Source: the human T2T-CHM13v2.0 reference genome, Homo sapiens. From it: a stretch of DNA of 64,000 bases. Shown here piece by piece: positions 30,725 to 45,245 of the stretch; positions within the stretch are counted from its first letter, which is position 1; every line of letters begins with the position of its first letter. The stretch lies in the NCBI RefSeq assembly GCF_009914755.1, contig NC_060927.1, one strand, 5' to 3'. The notes beneath the pieces were generated by a model that was given only the letters and a program-made list of their open reading frames with translations, did not search any database and had not been told where the DNA came from. The translations under genes and the position numbers were made by a program.

Positions 30725-31515
30725 CATGCTTTAATTTTAAAACCAACTTGTGAGCACAAAAATTGTCATCATGTGCTGTAATAAATTGCATTTACAGCAT
30801 GGCCAAATGCCCTTGCCTGGGAAGAGACACACCAGGTGCTGGAGTGCACCTGTCACTTACCTGCACTCCATACCTTTTTCCTTTCGAGCAGTCTCTTTGC
30901 TCTTCACTTTCCTTTGCTCTTCTGCCCATTTATTTTTCCTCACTTGCTTGTAATTTTCTCTTCCATGACCCACCCCCTCCCTACCTGGGCTGTCTTTGGT
31001 CATTAACAGCCACCATTAATGTTACTATAGGACTATGTGTAGTAGCCAAAAAAGTGAATATGACTTTACGATCACTAAGAGATCAAAACGATATTCTGCA
31101 GCACTGTATTTTCTAGTATGACAAGTGTGCGTTTTGGAAGATAAGATTGTCTTCTGATTCCACACATTCTTCTCTAAGTCAGGGACCAAATGCTATTATT
31201 TGGCACATAGCAATCACTCAATAAATAGTTGCCAAATTATCAAGTGCAGTGTGTGACTATTTGAGGGAAATGATAATTTTTAACATATTTTTTAAAACCC
31301 TTATTATCGATGCTGGCTATGAGAACATAGCTATACTGCTAACGTTTCTCCACAAGGTGGCATTGCCCTACGCTTTAAAAAGTGGGGCTATTTTTATGTC
31401 CCCCCCCCCACCCCCATATTTTCCTTTCACAAAACAATACAAACCAGGTGATGACATACTTGTTTTATCATGTCTTTTTGAAAGGGTAAAAATATCTTTA
31501 AAACCCATCTTATCA

Positions 31516-31821
<306 letters not shown>

Positions 31822-32024
31822 GGTTTTATTTTTAATTGTTAATAACCAACTATACAGTAAATGATTTATAAAATAAATACTGTTAATACTTGAGTTGAAA
31901 GAGAAAAAAATGTGTGTGTGTCTGAGTTTATGGGTGCCTTAATCTCACCATGTTAAAAAGTGACCATTAATTTAATGATCCCTGATAACTAAATCATGTT
32001 AACGTTTCCTTGGTTGTGTTCTAG

Positions 32025-32163
32025 CTGACTGCTTCTAATACGGAAGGAAAAAGCTGTCCAAGCGAAGTTCTTGTTTGTACGACGAGTCCTGACAGGCCTG
32101 GACCTCCTACCAGACCGCTTGTCAAAGGCCCAGTTACATCTCATGGCTTTAGTGTCAAATGGG
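32025..32163 (+). CDS. FNDC3B: FNDC3B coding exon (probable exon 15), 139 nt: LTASNTEGKSCPSEVLVCTTSPDRPGPPTRPLVKGPVTSHGFSVKW(D)
   Basis: Acceptor gtgttctag|CTG, donor GGG|gtatgt; phase 0 to 1. Confidence 0.96.
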
Positions 32164-33686
32164 GTATGTTTTGCTGCTGCTGCTACTGTTTTTTTTTTTT
32201 TTTTCTTTTGATAGATTTTTAAAAAATGATTCATTTTAGTAGTGACAAGCCAAAAAAATTGTGGATGGTATTTGCAGAAGTTTTCTGCATTCGGAATATA
32301 TGTGTGAGAAACATCCTGAGAATTCTACAAATTGGAATGGACAATTTCATTAAAATGTAATCGTAATGGACAATTAAATTTTAGTGGAAATTAAAATGGA
32401 TGATTTTTAAGAGTATCTCATTTACTCTATGATTTTCCTGTTTACATATTTTTTTCTCCTATATTTTTAAGGCATGGATTTGAATGTAGTAATCTCTGCA
32501 TGCATCGTTCATTCTTCAATAGTTCATCCTTAAAAAATTAGCAATACTTAATAGAAAAATTTTGATTTATAAAGTTAATATTGAAAATAAATTTCAAAAT
32601 TTAGGTTTGTTAAGTAAACTTTAGCATACAGAACATTTAAGTTGCAATGAATTAGGGATAGTTTTGTTTCCATTGGTGTTTGTTGTATAAAGTCTTGAAC
32701 TTTGGGAAATTTTAACATTAAAGTTCATAAGGAGTTTGAGGTTGTCTGGCAAAAGGATATTGTGCCTCACCTCTGTTGTGTGAATTATTTCAATAAAATG
32801 AATACAATTAGAAGGTTGACAATTAATATGTAAAAGTGTTATGCGTATCATTTTTACTAATGTCATAATAATATTAACTAATAGGCAAAAAAAAAGTTGA
32901 AATCTTAAATAAAATTTTACCTTGCAGCCAAGTAATATAAGGGGAATTTAAAACATTATTACACCAACCACTGAGACATATAACTGTTTCAAGTTACCTA
33001 ATAATTGTGAGATAGAATTATTAGGATTTCTGTTTCCCCAAGAGATGGATATAATTCAGAGAAATGATAAAAATCTAGATGTGCTTTTAGCCAGACCATA
33101 GAGCTTTTCTCTCAAAGAACCTCAGAAAGTTCTGTCAACACTACTTACTTTCATTGGCTATATGCTATAATATTTAACTTTATAATTATTATTGTAAATA
33201 TCTACTACTGAAGTATATATACATTAATGGAAATACCAGGTGAAGGAGAGGGGAAGTGAATGTTCTAAATTTATATATAAGTAAAACTTAAGATTTTTTA
33301 GAAAAATCTCCGCTATGTCTAAGAATATAGAAGTGGCAGACTGATAATAAGGGTACATTCTTTATAGTTTTGCAAAATTAGACTGCAAAGGAAGTGTTTT
33401 TCTGCTCAGAAAATAAAATTCCTTTAGGCACAGAGTTATGGGTAGACTATATACCCAAGGTGCCTAGGGCTCTAGTCATAAGCCAGAACCTTCTTCCTCA
33501 GACTGTCTGCTGGTGCACTGGTTCTCATTGATCCACACCTCTGGTTTCATACCACATTCACCTGGGATGCTGGGATGTAAAGTTTGCTTGGTAGGAAACT
33601 GCTAGAATGGACGTATTCCATTTTGATATTTTATTTATTTTGTCAATAAATTTTGTACTTCTCTTTCCGTTCCTTTCCATCACTCA

Positions 33687-34012
<326 letters not shown>

Positions 34013-34410
34013 CTAGTCACTGATAAAATAAGTGAAATAAAAAGAATAAAATCAGAAATATGAACATACAGTCTTACATAAAAATCATCAAATATATTAA
34101 AGAGCACCTTCAAGTAAATTCAACAACTTGATCAGTTTGTGCCGAGTTTTTTGTTCATATTTCACTACATGAATGCTCTTTGACATTTCTATATCTAAGA
34201 ACTTTGAATAGTCTGATAGTATTCAGAGATTCCTGGTTTGTTTTTTTCTTTTTTTTCAACAGAGGAGTTGGTGAAATAAATTATTTTGCCTTTTGGTCAT
34301 GTCTAGAATTCAGATAGTATAATGGTGTGTGATTTTATGAGTCCTGATGATGTTTACCAATAAAAATCAATATCCTTTTATTGCTAATAAGACATTTGGT
34401 TATTTTCCAG

Positions 34411-34482
34411 ATCCCCCTAAGGACAATGGTGGTTCAGAAATCCTCAAGTACTTGCTAGAGATTACTGATGGAAATTCTGAAG
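34411..34482 (+). CDS. FNDC3B: FNDC3B coding exon (probable exon 16), 72 nt: (D)[23 protein letters not shown](A)
   Basis: Acceptor attttccag|AT, donor AAG|gtgaag (non-consensus at +5/+6); phase 1-1. Confidence 0.95.
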
Positions 34483-34724
34483 GTGAAGTTTTTGGCAATT
34501 GTTTTATTCAAATCCAATAGCAAGCTCTGTTTTCTAATATAGTAAATGTCTTTATAGTAATAGTGAGTAATCATTAATTCTAAAGATAGAATTATTATTA
34601 CAATAAACAAACTTTAGTCACATATTGGCAGTTTTTCTATTTCAAACACAGCACCAGAGATCAGAGTCTACTTGAAACTTACATTTGTGTTATTTAACAA
34701 TTTTTCTGTATCTTTTTCATTGGT

Positions 34725-35025
34725 GTTTTGTTTTGTTTATCTTTTGTTTTTGTTTCTTTGGTTTGGTTTGTTTTTGTTTTGTTTTTTGAGATACGATCTC
34801 TGTCACACAGGCTGGAGGGCAGTGGCACAAACATGGCCCATTGCAGTCTCAAACTCCTGGGCTTAAGTGACTCTTCTGCCACAGAAGATGAGGAAGAATA
34901 CATTTTTCATAGTGATGGGGTCTCACTATGTTATCTAGGCTGGTCTCAAACTCCTGGCCTCAAGCAACCCTCCACCTTGGCCTCCCAAAGTGCTGGGACT
35001 ATAGACATGAATCACCACACTCAGC
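34725..35025 (-). mobile_element. Diverged AluJ, antisense, part of the right arm missing, long (TTTTG)n tail
   Basis: tgcagtctcaaactcctgggcttaagtga; ggggtctcactatgttatctaggctgg. Confidence 0.88.
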
Positions 35026-35090
35026 TTCCATGTCTTTTTATGAACTAGGGTTCCTAATTAATCAGATAAATTTGGTATTTTCATCTCCTA

Positions 35091-35489
<399 letters not shown>

Positions 35490-35801
35490 CTACAAATTCC
35501 CATGCATGATTAAACAGTATATAGTATTGTGGGCTAGTGACAAGAATCACACTTTTATAACAAGTTTAGAAAATGTCTTTCCAACTTCATTGTCATTTTG
35601 CTTCAGGTTTTTGTTACTATTCATACTGGGTGGATTAACATGGGACAAATGTTAGAAATAAAATTCCTTAGTGCCTTTTTAAAAATTCTAAGGTTTTCTT
35701 TCTAATAAAATTCATTAGACTTTAATAGAGAAAAGTATAGTCTTCAAAACTTTTTAAATGACATATCATCTCACCACTGTAATAATCTCTCTAACTATTA
35801 A

Positions 35802-36118
<317 letters not shown>

Positions 36119-36363
36119 CACCATTAAATTTTTTTTTAAATGGCACATGCTAATGCCAAAAACAGAGAGCATTGATAAAACTTTTACAAGCAAGCAGTGC
36201 TGATGTGTGGCTGGCTTTTTATTCTGTACCATGAGAACCACCTGGAATTTTTTTAAGTCTGTTGGTTCCTATTTTAAGCTGAAAACATGAGAATTCTTTT
36301 GAGATGAGCACAGCTGTTCTAAACATAAAATCATATTTTGTGGTTAAAAACCTGGTTTAGAAC

Positions 36364-36715
<352 letters not shown>

Positions 36716-37372
36716 CTAGGTTAGAAGTCATGTATATGCCAGTGGCTCGTTGTGAATATTTAAGTATGTTTTGAATTCTCATGGCTCCCTTTAGCTACTG
36801 ATGACAAATCAAAAGTAGGGGCCCTTCTGGACTTCCAGTTAACAACTTTGCGACTGCATGGCTGAGTGAGTGATTGAATCTTTTCAGTAATCCTTGCTCC
36901 CAGTCACCTTTTCAGTACAGGTTTTTTTGACCTGTAATATCAGGATAATTGCCTTTGCTATTGCCTTTCTTCATATGGCCTTAGTGCATGCGACTCTGTT
37001 GTGAATCTAAACTAATAAGCCGCTGGGGGAATTTGTGGAAGTTACTCTAGTTAAAATACCAGGGAATAGAAAAAGCATTTCCCCTAAAACAACTTCATGT
37101 AGTAATAGGCTTTTGTAAAGTGGTCAACTGGAAACACAGCGTGAGTGGGAATAAAACAGAGGAGTGAAGAGCCTCCCAGTGGCCTGGAATTGTGAGTCAG
37201 GCAGGCGGCTGAGGCAGCCCTGGGTGCCCTTGCTTCTGACGGCATCAGCCTTGGGGGGCACCCAGACTCCTGGTGACCGTTTCTCTCTTCAGTTCCACAA
37301 AGCGGTCAGATCACTTGGGTCATGCCACATTTGGTCTTTAATTTGTCACCCCCGTAGGCATTTTTGTCTTTT

Positions 37373-37656
<284 letters not shown>

Positions 37657-38191
37657 CTGTAATTTTTGTCTTTTAAGTGGAGCTCCATGAAGGCAGTCAA
37701 AAGACCCAGTTTTTAAAAGAGGATTTCACTTCCTTTGACCTCTAGGCAGATAAGAACAGGGAGAAATTCTTGCGTACCACCCCAGACTTGCCAGAAGCCT
37801 CGTGGCCAAGAAGTAGCCCCGTGCCTGGCTGCCCCTGAGGCCTCCTCACACCAGGAGCATTTGATAGCTTGCCCACCCCTGTTCTGTGTCTCCTACCACT
37901 CCCTCCATGCCAGCGGCACGTTTCATTATGGTTTCCCACATCCAAACCTCATAGCAAATGTAATTGTGGTGATAATAGGTAGTCTAGCCAGCAACACTAA
38001 GTATTAAAAATGACTCAATGTTATTTTGGTATTTAACTTTGTAAAAGAAAAAGGAAGAGCTTTCTGGCTATTTAAAAAGAAAAAGAAGATGTTGGTTTTC
38101 ATGAAAACATAGAGCTTTTTCTTGTCAGCAATGGCTGATATGCTACATTTTTACAAGAGGCATAAAGTCATGCATAAGTCTTGTTTTACAG

Positions 38192-38310
38192 CGAATCAGT
38201 GGGAAGTGGCCTACAGTGGGTCGGCTACCGAATACACCTTCACCCACTTGAAACCAGGCACTTTGTACAAACTCCGAGCATGCTGCATCAGTACCGGCGG
38301 ACACAGCCAG
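38192..38310 (+). CDS. FNDC3B: FNDC3B coding exon (probable exon 17), 119 nt: (A)[39 protein letters not shown]
   Basis: Acceptor gttttacag|CG, donor CAG|gttggt; phase 1 to 0; inside ORF 38122..38331. Confidence 0.96.
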
Positions 38311-40089
38311 GTTGGTTTTGTTTCCATATGAAAGTAAACCTCATTGATCAAATTCGGACAAACTGTCTATAACATCAGAAGCAAATTGCAGTTTAAACAA
38401 TGTATCTTGATAATGCAACCTAATAGTATCATGTCAGGAAATGAAAAATAGAGCTTTCTGAATTGCTGTTTAGAGGTATAAGATAGGCCTAAATGATTCC
38501 CTACTGAATTGTGGTATTTTCGGGTACATTTGTCACTCACTCATTTCTCAGAAGGCTTTGACATAATCACCTGTGACAGTTGAAAATTGTCTGGAATTTG
38601 CATTGACTAAATAAAGGAGACCTCGGTTATTGCAATGATTAAAAAACTATAGATTTTAGAGTAAAAAGATAAGACCTGCACAGCACTGCTGTTACCACAT
38701 CTATCAATTTTAAGAATTTGAGACATACCTTCCTCAAGGTACTTTACTGCCATCTGCTGGAAAGTTGTTGCAAAAACAATATAAATCCATGATGACTGAG
38801 CTGAGTGGCACCTCCTGAAGTTGTGTGGTACCCAACGTACACATCTGTAGGCAGCATCCATTCTTTTGTTTCTACTATTTATATGACTTTAGACTAACCT
38901 GTTAACATGTCAGGAGCCTTAGTTTCAACCACATAGTACTCTCATAGGCGCAAAACAACCTAATAAATATACATGGAGTACTCTAGAAATAATTGTTATC
39001 TAAATGGTTTTAACTTACACTCAGAAAAGTGAATGAGAAACGAGATGCCAAAAGATACTTTCACTGTAGAGATATTTAACATTATGATTTGAAACCACTA
39101 AACATTTAAAATGAAAGAGAAGGAGAGATGGTGGCTTACAGCCCTGCGCTGGGTTGACTTTTCAAGAGAATACCTGCCATTTGAAGGCCTAACTTTTCTA
39201 GTCAACCCACTTGCAACATCAGTTTTTGTGTTTACTTTCTTTTGCCCCCAAGGATGGTACTAGGGCATCTAGACTGCCCATGTAGACACTGCCTGTGAGG
39301 AGAAGGTCCAGCTGGACCATCTTTATACAGTGCCGAAGCTGTCTGGAATGCCTCCCAGGTGGAGTAAATCCAAATCAAAGCTGAGATTATCAGTGGTCCT
39401 TCCTATGTGTGAGGCACTACACAAGGTGGCACTGAGGCTGAACTGCTCAAATGCATAGAGTTCATTTCCTCTGTGCCACTTCTCAGGAAGAAAACTGAAT
39501 GTGGCTGAGCTGTATAGCTCTACCTGATTTTCTCCCGTCTCAGGAAGTAGGTCAGCTTCCATACCACTAGCCTTACGCAACCAGATCCTGCAAAATAAAG
39601 GACTGCTTATTTTAGCATTAACAGTACCTGCTGGTTGATGTCAGAATCAATTGATTAATATTGAGTTTATTTGCTTTTCTGCTCTGTATGTGAGTGGTTG
39701 GCCATTTATGGTACCATTTTAAAATTTCATCCAGCTGTCGTTTTGTGTTCTCTTCTGTCCTCATGAAGGGTCTTTCTAATTTTGATTTGAAGGAAAAGAA
39801 TTGTGTGCTTAGGATATACAGTACTCATGTCTGCTAATCTAACTTCAAAAATAATCATTCTTGTTTTTCCCAGTGCCATATGAAGTCTATAGCCACCCTT
39901 AAAACACACACACATAAATTTATATGAAGATCTTAATTACATTAAAAGCATACCATAATGTGCACACATTTAGTGTGTAACCCCTTTTTGGTAACATTTG
40001 CAGTTATGGGGTGGAATTTGCCTGATATGTAGAGGTCTGATAAATTCACAGTAACTAAGAGATGGTTCTCTCTGGTGTTTCTCCTGCAG

Positions 40090-40195
40090 TGTTCTGAAAG
40101 TCTCCCTGTTCGCACACTAAGCATTGCACCAGGTCAATGTCGACCACCGAGGGTTTTGGGTAGACCAAAGCACAAAGAAGTCCACTTAGAGTGGG
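40090..40195 (+). CDS. FNDC3B: FNDC3B coding exon (probable exon 18), 106 nt: [35 protein letters not shown](D)
   Basis: Acceptor ctcctgcag|TGT, donor GGG|gtgagt; phase 0 to 1. Confidence 0.96.
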
Positions 40196-41164
40196 GTGAG
40201 TGAACTAACCTTCACATTGACATTGACAATTTGGACAATTGGAGATGAAGACTTATGCTTTGTAGTTAAGTTTCAAAGCTTTCTTCTAAAGACCATATAC
40301 GTTTTTGTCTGTTGAGGATGTCCATATTCTTCTTGAAGTATGTTGACCCAGGTTTTTTATGTGTGTCATTCCCCCCATCCACACCCGCAACACTGTCCCT
40401 CACCTTCCTCTTCCTGATGGTGCCACACACATGGTTTATCCCCCGCACTTCAGGGGACACATTTCTAGGGAGTATTTCAAGAACAGCCAGTCTTTTTCAG
40501 AAAGTTTTCAACTTTATTCATGGGAAAAAAATTTTGTGCTCCATTTAGAATTTAAACCAAAGAATGGTTTATAAGATCACATGGAATTCTTCCTCGTCTT
40601 TGTTTGCAACCACCTCTGCTGCATTGTCCTGTGTGGGTCCTGATGTTTTTACAGCATTGATTTAAGCTGTATTAGCGTTTCCTGTTGTGTCCAGCAGTTT
40701 ACAACATGTATAATTATAAGTACAAATGTACAGAACTCTCTAGCAGACTATTTTTTCCTACCACTTATGTCTAAAGTATAATAAATTGTGCCAATTTGGG
40801 GTCCTGTATTTTGATTTAGCATGACCTTTGGTTTCCAATTAAAGAGATTTTTCTTCCCTCTTTTTCTTCCATTTACCTAGCATTAGAATATGAAGAAATA
40901 TATCTAATGTTCCTATAATTTTGGGATTATTTTATCAATGTAATTAAATAAACTTCAGTGGACCCGCTTTGGAGAGTATGGATAACATCATTCAGAAACT
41001 TTTATTTTTATATCTCTTTTTTGGTGGGCATGGATTCTTTTGTAAGGGAGATACTGAGGCCGGCCACCTATGTGATATTTTGCTCAACTTGTGTGAAATC
41101 TGGTGCACTTTGGTCAACTGGAAGCACAAAGTGTTCTAAGATGAAAAAAATTCTTCATTCCCAG

Positions 41165-41337
41165 ATGTTCCTGCATCGGAAAGTGGCTGTGAGGTCTCAG
41201 AGTACAGCGTGGAGATGACGGAGCCCGAAGACGTAGCCTCGGAAGTGTACCATGGCCCAGAGCTGGAGTGCACCGTCGGCAACCTGCTTCCTGGAACCGT
41301 GTATCGCTTCCGGGTGAGGGCTCTGAATGATGGAGGG
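41165..41337 (+). CDS. FNDC3B: FNDC3B coding exon (probable exon 19), 173 nt: (D)VPASESGCEVSEYSVEMTEPEDVASEVYHGPELECTVGNLLPGTVYRFRVRALNDGG
   Basis: Acceptor cattcccag|AT, donor GGG|gtgagt; phase 1 to 0; overlaps ORF 41209..41400. Confidence 0.96.
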
Positions 41338-42164
41338 GTGAGTATAAGCCCATACACCATAACCAGAATCAGAATGCATAATCAGAACCCAAAGTGCTAG
41401 CACTTCTGTCTCTAGCCTCCTGAAATTTTTGACAGTCTTGATGCAACCTTGACAACCATTAATGCAGTGTCTGTAAATCTTAATTCTGAGTTGATATTGT
41501 TGTGATTTCATATAGACCCAGCATTAGAAGTTTTCTGTTTCTTTTGTCCTCATATCATTCTATGAAGACAGCACTCAAGGTTAATAAGGATATCACCCTG
41601 TAGATATTTTCGACAGTTTTTAGAAAATTTCCTATTCTATTGACTTTATCAGTTCAGGGAAATTAGGATTAGATAATAGTTCTAATAAAAGTTTTATACT
41701 GTCTTGTCTAAATGAACCGGCAACATCTTAGGTCAGTTTTTACAACTAGAGAAGGGTAGTGGCCAGGGACACCAGCTTGTTTTTGTTTTGTTTCACGTGA
41801 AAACTACAGGACTCTCTCCTTCTATTGCTCCATTTGGAGTTGTCAAGTTGAGCTATCAAAAATTGAGAATATATATGTCTATGTTATATCCATAAAGGTT
41901 GTTGTCCTTTTTTTCTTTGAAATTGCCAAATGATGTGGATTTAGGGGGAGATGAATAATGAGCAGTGGGAGTCCCAGTAACTGTGAGGCTTTTGGGTGGG
42001 CTCAGAGATTGATGAAGCATAAAAGGGCAGAAGCGTGTGGGTAAAGCCAGCTAAATGCCCCGTCCAAAGTGCCAGTGGTTTGTGTAGATGGGCTCCATGC
42101 AAATAAATAGAATTAATTAATTGATGATTTTTTAAAAAAATAAGACAGCCCAACTTGCAGTGAC

Positions 42165-42241
42165 TTTTTGTTTTAAGTGAAAGCAAGTTTATTAAGAAAG
42201 TAAAGGAATAAAAGAAGGGCTATTCCTTAGGCAGAGTGCCC
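42165..42241 (-). mobile_element. Short ERV1 LTR fragment (MER41-like poly(A)-signal region) with a short A-rich tail
   Basis: aagtgaaagcaagtttattaagaaagtaaaggaataaaagaagggctattccttaggcagag closely resembles the recalled MER41 sequence in antisense. Confidence 0.7.
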
Positions 42242-43335
42242 AAAACTGGATTTCTCCTAATTCTCCAATAGAAAAGAATTTCAGACACAACAATGATACT
42301 TAAGTGAAAACAAAAAAGTCTGAACATTAACGCCTATGTACCTGAACTTATAATCATGTAAGCGAAAAGAAGATGGATAGTGATGAGCACACTGTTGTGT
42401 CTACCCCATTCTCTCATCAACTTTTCAGTTACTATCTGCCACAACAAAGATAAATGTGCAACTGGGCTGGTGTGAGCTGTACTTTTCTCAGCCCTTTCAC
42501 TGATTTATCCTATAAAGAAACTATCTTCAGCTTGGGTTTATTCCTGTTGTATTAGAAATTAACCATATATATCGCTGTAGTCACCTTCTGAGGTCCATTT
42601 CAGAGAGCTTCCCCAACTCCCCAGCATCTTTGCATGTTATGTTGAGAGGTGGTTTTTTGTTTCCCCCCTCCCCGCCGTCTTTTTTCTCTCATTTTGACAA
42701 GGACAGTCATATATTTTGTTAGCCTGGCAAGTTTTTACTCTGCTCCAAACCTTTGAAGTATCAAATATGCCACCATTAAAATGGGTGGTTCAGGTGGCTG
42801 TGACTCTCTCAAAGTGTGGTAAGTCTCTAGCAATTCCTGGCTCTGAGCAGTGTGGTCACTGATGGTAACATCAGGATTGCCGTGGATACCCTTGAATAGG
42901 TGAGGTGATGGGAACACACTGAGAAAACATTACAGAAGCATTTATTTTCAAAATGGAAAATACCGGTAACTAGAAGAAATGCCTAGAATTTGATCACCAA
43001 CAATTCCAAGTATATTTTTATTCATTAAAAATTAAACTGCAGTGGGCATCTGACTTAGTTTTCTTGGATGTCCTCTGAGAAATATGAAAGCAGATTGCCC
43101 TGTTTTGTCAAAAATCAGCATATTTTTATTTCATGTCCCAAGAAAGGGAAAATATTTTGTCAACCAACTAATTATTTTATAATTAAAAAAATGACAGACA
43201 TCTACTACTCAGGGACTGTATGTAGGAGAAAAACTTACACACATTGAATTGAAAGTGAAAATCATTGGGTAATATTTGTTAATTAGTTGTGTTGATGATG
43301 ATGTTAGCCTAGCTTTTATTTGGTTATAAGCTTTT

Positions 43336-43394
43336 GTATGCACACACATTCACAAACACATACACGCATATATACATACATGTGTGTGCGTGTG
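43336..43394. repeat. Compound (CA)/(TA)/(TG) dinucleotide tract abutting the exon-20 acceptor
   Basis: gtatgcacacacattcacaaacacatacacgcatatatacatacatgtgtgtgcgtgtg. Confidence 0.85.
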
Positions 43395-43405
43395 TTTTCT
43401 TTCAG

Positions 43406-43519
43406 TATGGTCCCTATTCTGATGTCTCAGAAATTACCACTGCTGCAGGGCCTCCTGGACAATGCAAAGCACCTTGTATTTCTTGTACACCTGATGGATG
43501 TGTCTTAGTGGGTTGGGAG
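43406..43519 (+). CDS. FNDC3B: FNDC3B coding exon (probable exon 20), 114 nt: YGPYSDVSEITTAAGPPGQCKAPCISCTPDGCVLVGWE
   Basis: Acceptor ttctttcag|TAT, donor GAG|gtaagt; phase 0-0; inside ORF 43334..43624. Confidence 0.96.
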
Positions 43520-43761
43520 GTAAGTCAGGCATATTCTGCATCAACTTCTGTTTCTTCTACTTTACTCCCAAATACAAATACCAATTATAAGGAAGCTGCA
43601 AATCCAAAATGCACATATAGATGATTTTTTTTTTTTTTTTTTTTGCTCTGTGTACTATAGTAATCACCCTTGGCACTTGCCACTTGCTTATATTATTTAG
43701 GGTTGTGGAAGTTTTACTGTAGTCAAAACTGAGAGGAAATGGTTTCTCATGCCTTTCTTTT

Positions 43762-44157
<396 letters not shown>

Positions 44158-44294
44158 TCGTGCCTTTCTTTTATATGTATTTGAAATATTCTGGGGCATG
44201 TTGCTCTCTTTCCCATTTTAGTTAATTGAATACAAGCACAGTAGGATTCTCTTCTCAGTGGCATTATTAACTACTTCCATTTCTGCCTTTCCAG

Positions 44295-44444
44295 AGTCCT
44301 GATAGTTCTGGTGCTGACATCTCAGAGTACAGGTTGGAATGGGGAGAAGATGAAGAATCCTTAGAACTCATTTATCATGGGACAGACACCCGTTTTGAAA
44401 TAAGAGACCTGTTGCCTGCTGCACAGTATTGCTGTAGACTACAG
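44295..44444 (+). CDS. FNDC3B: FNDC3B coding exon (probable exon 21), 150 nt: SPDSSGADISEYRLEWGEDEESLELIYHGTDTRFEIRDLLPAAQYCCRLQ
   Basis: Acceptor cctttccag|AGT, donor CAG|gtaggt; phase 0-0. Confidence 0.96.
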
Positions 44445-45134
44445 GTAGGTTGACATTATTCAGATGTTACTCACAAGGACTGCTGTCCCATGAAAGGCAC
44501 TTTGGGAAACCCACTCAAAGGCTTGTGGTGGAGGCTGTCAGGAGGGATGATATGGAAAAAAAGAGTCCATTTAAATAAAAATATATTTGGTTGTTTTGGT
44601 GTTTTGCAGTTAATTTCCACTTCTCTAGGAAATTCTGAAACTTAAGAACAAAATAAGATTCTTCTCCATTCTGCTTCTCACCACCCTTGTATCTTGTCTG
44701 TTCATCAGTTTGCTGAATAAATGACCCAAGTCCAAGGGAAAGATGACACAGCTCCTTAGGGAAGGAGCCTTCTGTCTCATTCCCCTGAGATGTACATTTC
44801 AGTGGGAAAGACTCTTAGAACTGGTAAAAGACAGAAAATTATTTTACGAGCTGTTAAATGGAGCCAAAAATAATCTGGACTAGTCTGCATTAGATTACAG
44901 GACCCCACCTCCCACCTCCCAGTGACGGTTATCAAGGCTGGTTATCTATAAGCTTCCACTTGGGAGTCCAGATAGAATAACATCAAGAAAAATTGGTTCA
45001 TAGCCTAACCCCTCAGAGTGACAATAACCATGGGTTTACTTTTATTTTACTCTCTTGGCTATATTATTATTTTTTCTGTGTAAAGCCTTAGTCTCTTGAG
45101 AAAATAGAGTTCTTTGTCCTCCTCTTTCCATTTG

Positions 45135-45245
45135 TTCAGTAACATTTCTTGAGCATTATAGTACTTTGTACCAGGATCAAAGGAAGATCAGGAAGAGAGA
45201 TACAAAGATTAATCAGATGTGGTTGTTGACCTTGAAGAGCTCTGT
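45135..45245 (-). mobile_element. L2 3'-end fragment
   Basis: aacatttcttgagcatt..gatacaaagattaatcagatgtggttgttgaccttgaagagctc. Confidence 0.5.

Noticed and set aside
39305-39318. Perfect 14-bp palindrome GGTCCAGCTGGACC
   Set aside because: About four such 7-bp-arm palindromes are expected by chance in 64 kb.
41114-41511. Three overlapping antisense ORFs over exon 19
   Set aside because: Stop-codon-poor shadow of a GC-rich coding exon.
44292-44296. Tandem acceptor CAG|AG at exon 21
   Set aside because: The second AG would shift the frame by 2 nt and has an unfavourable G at -3.
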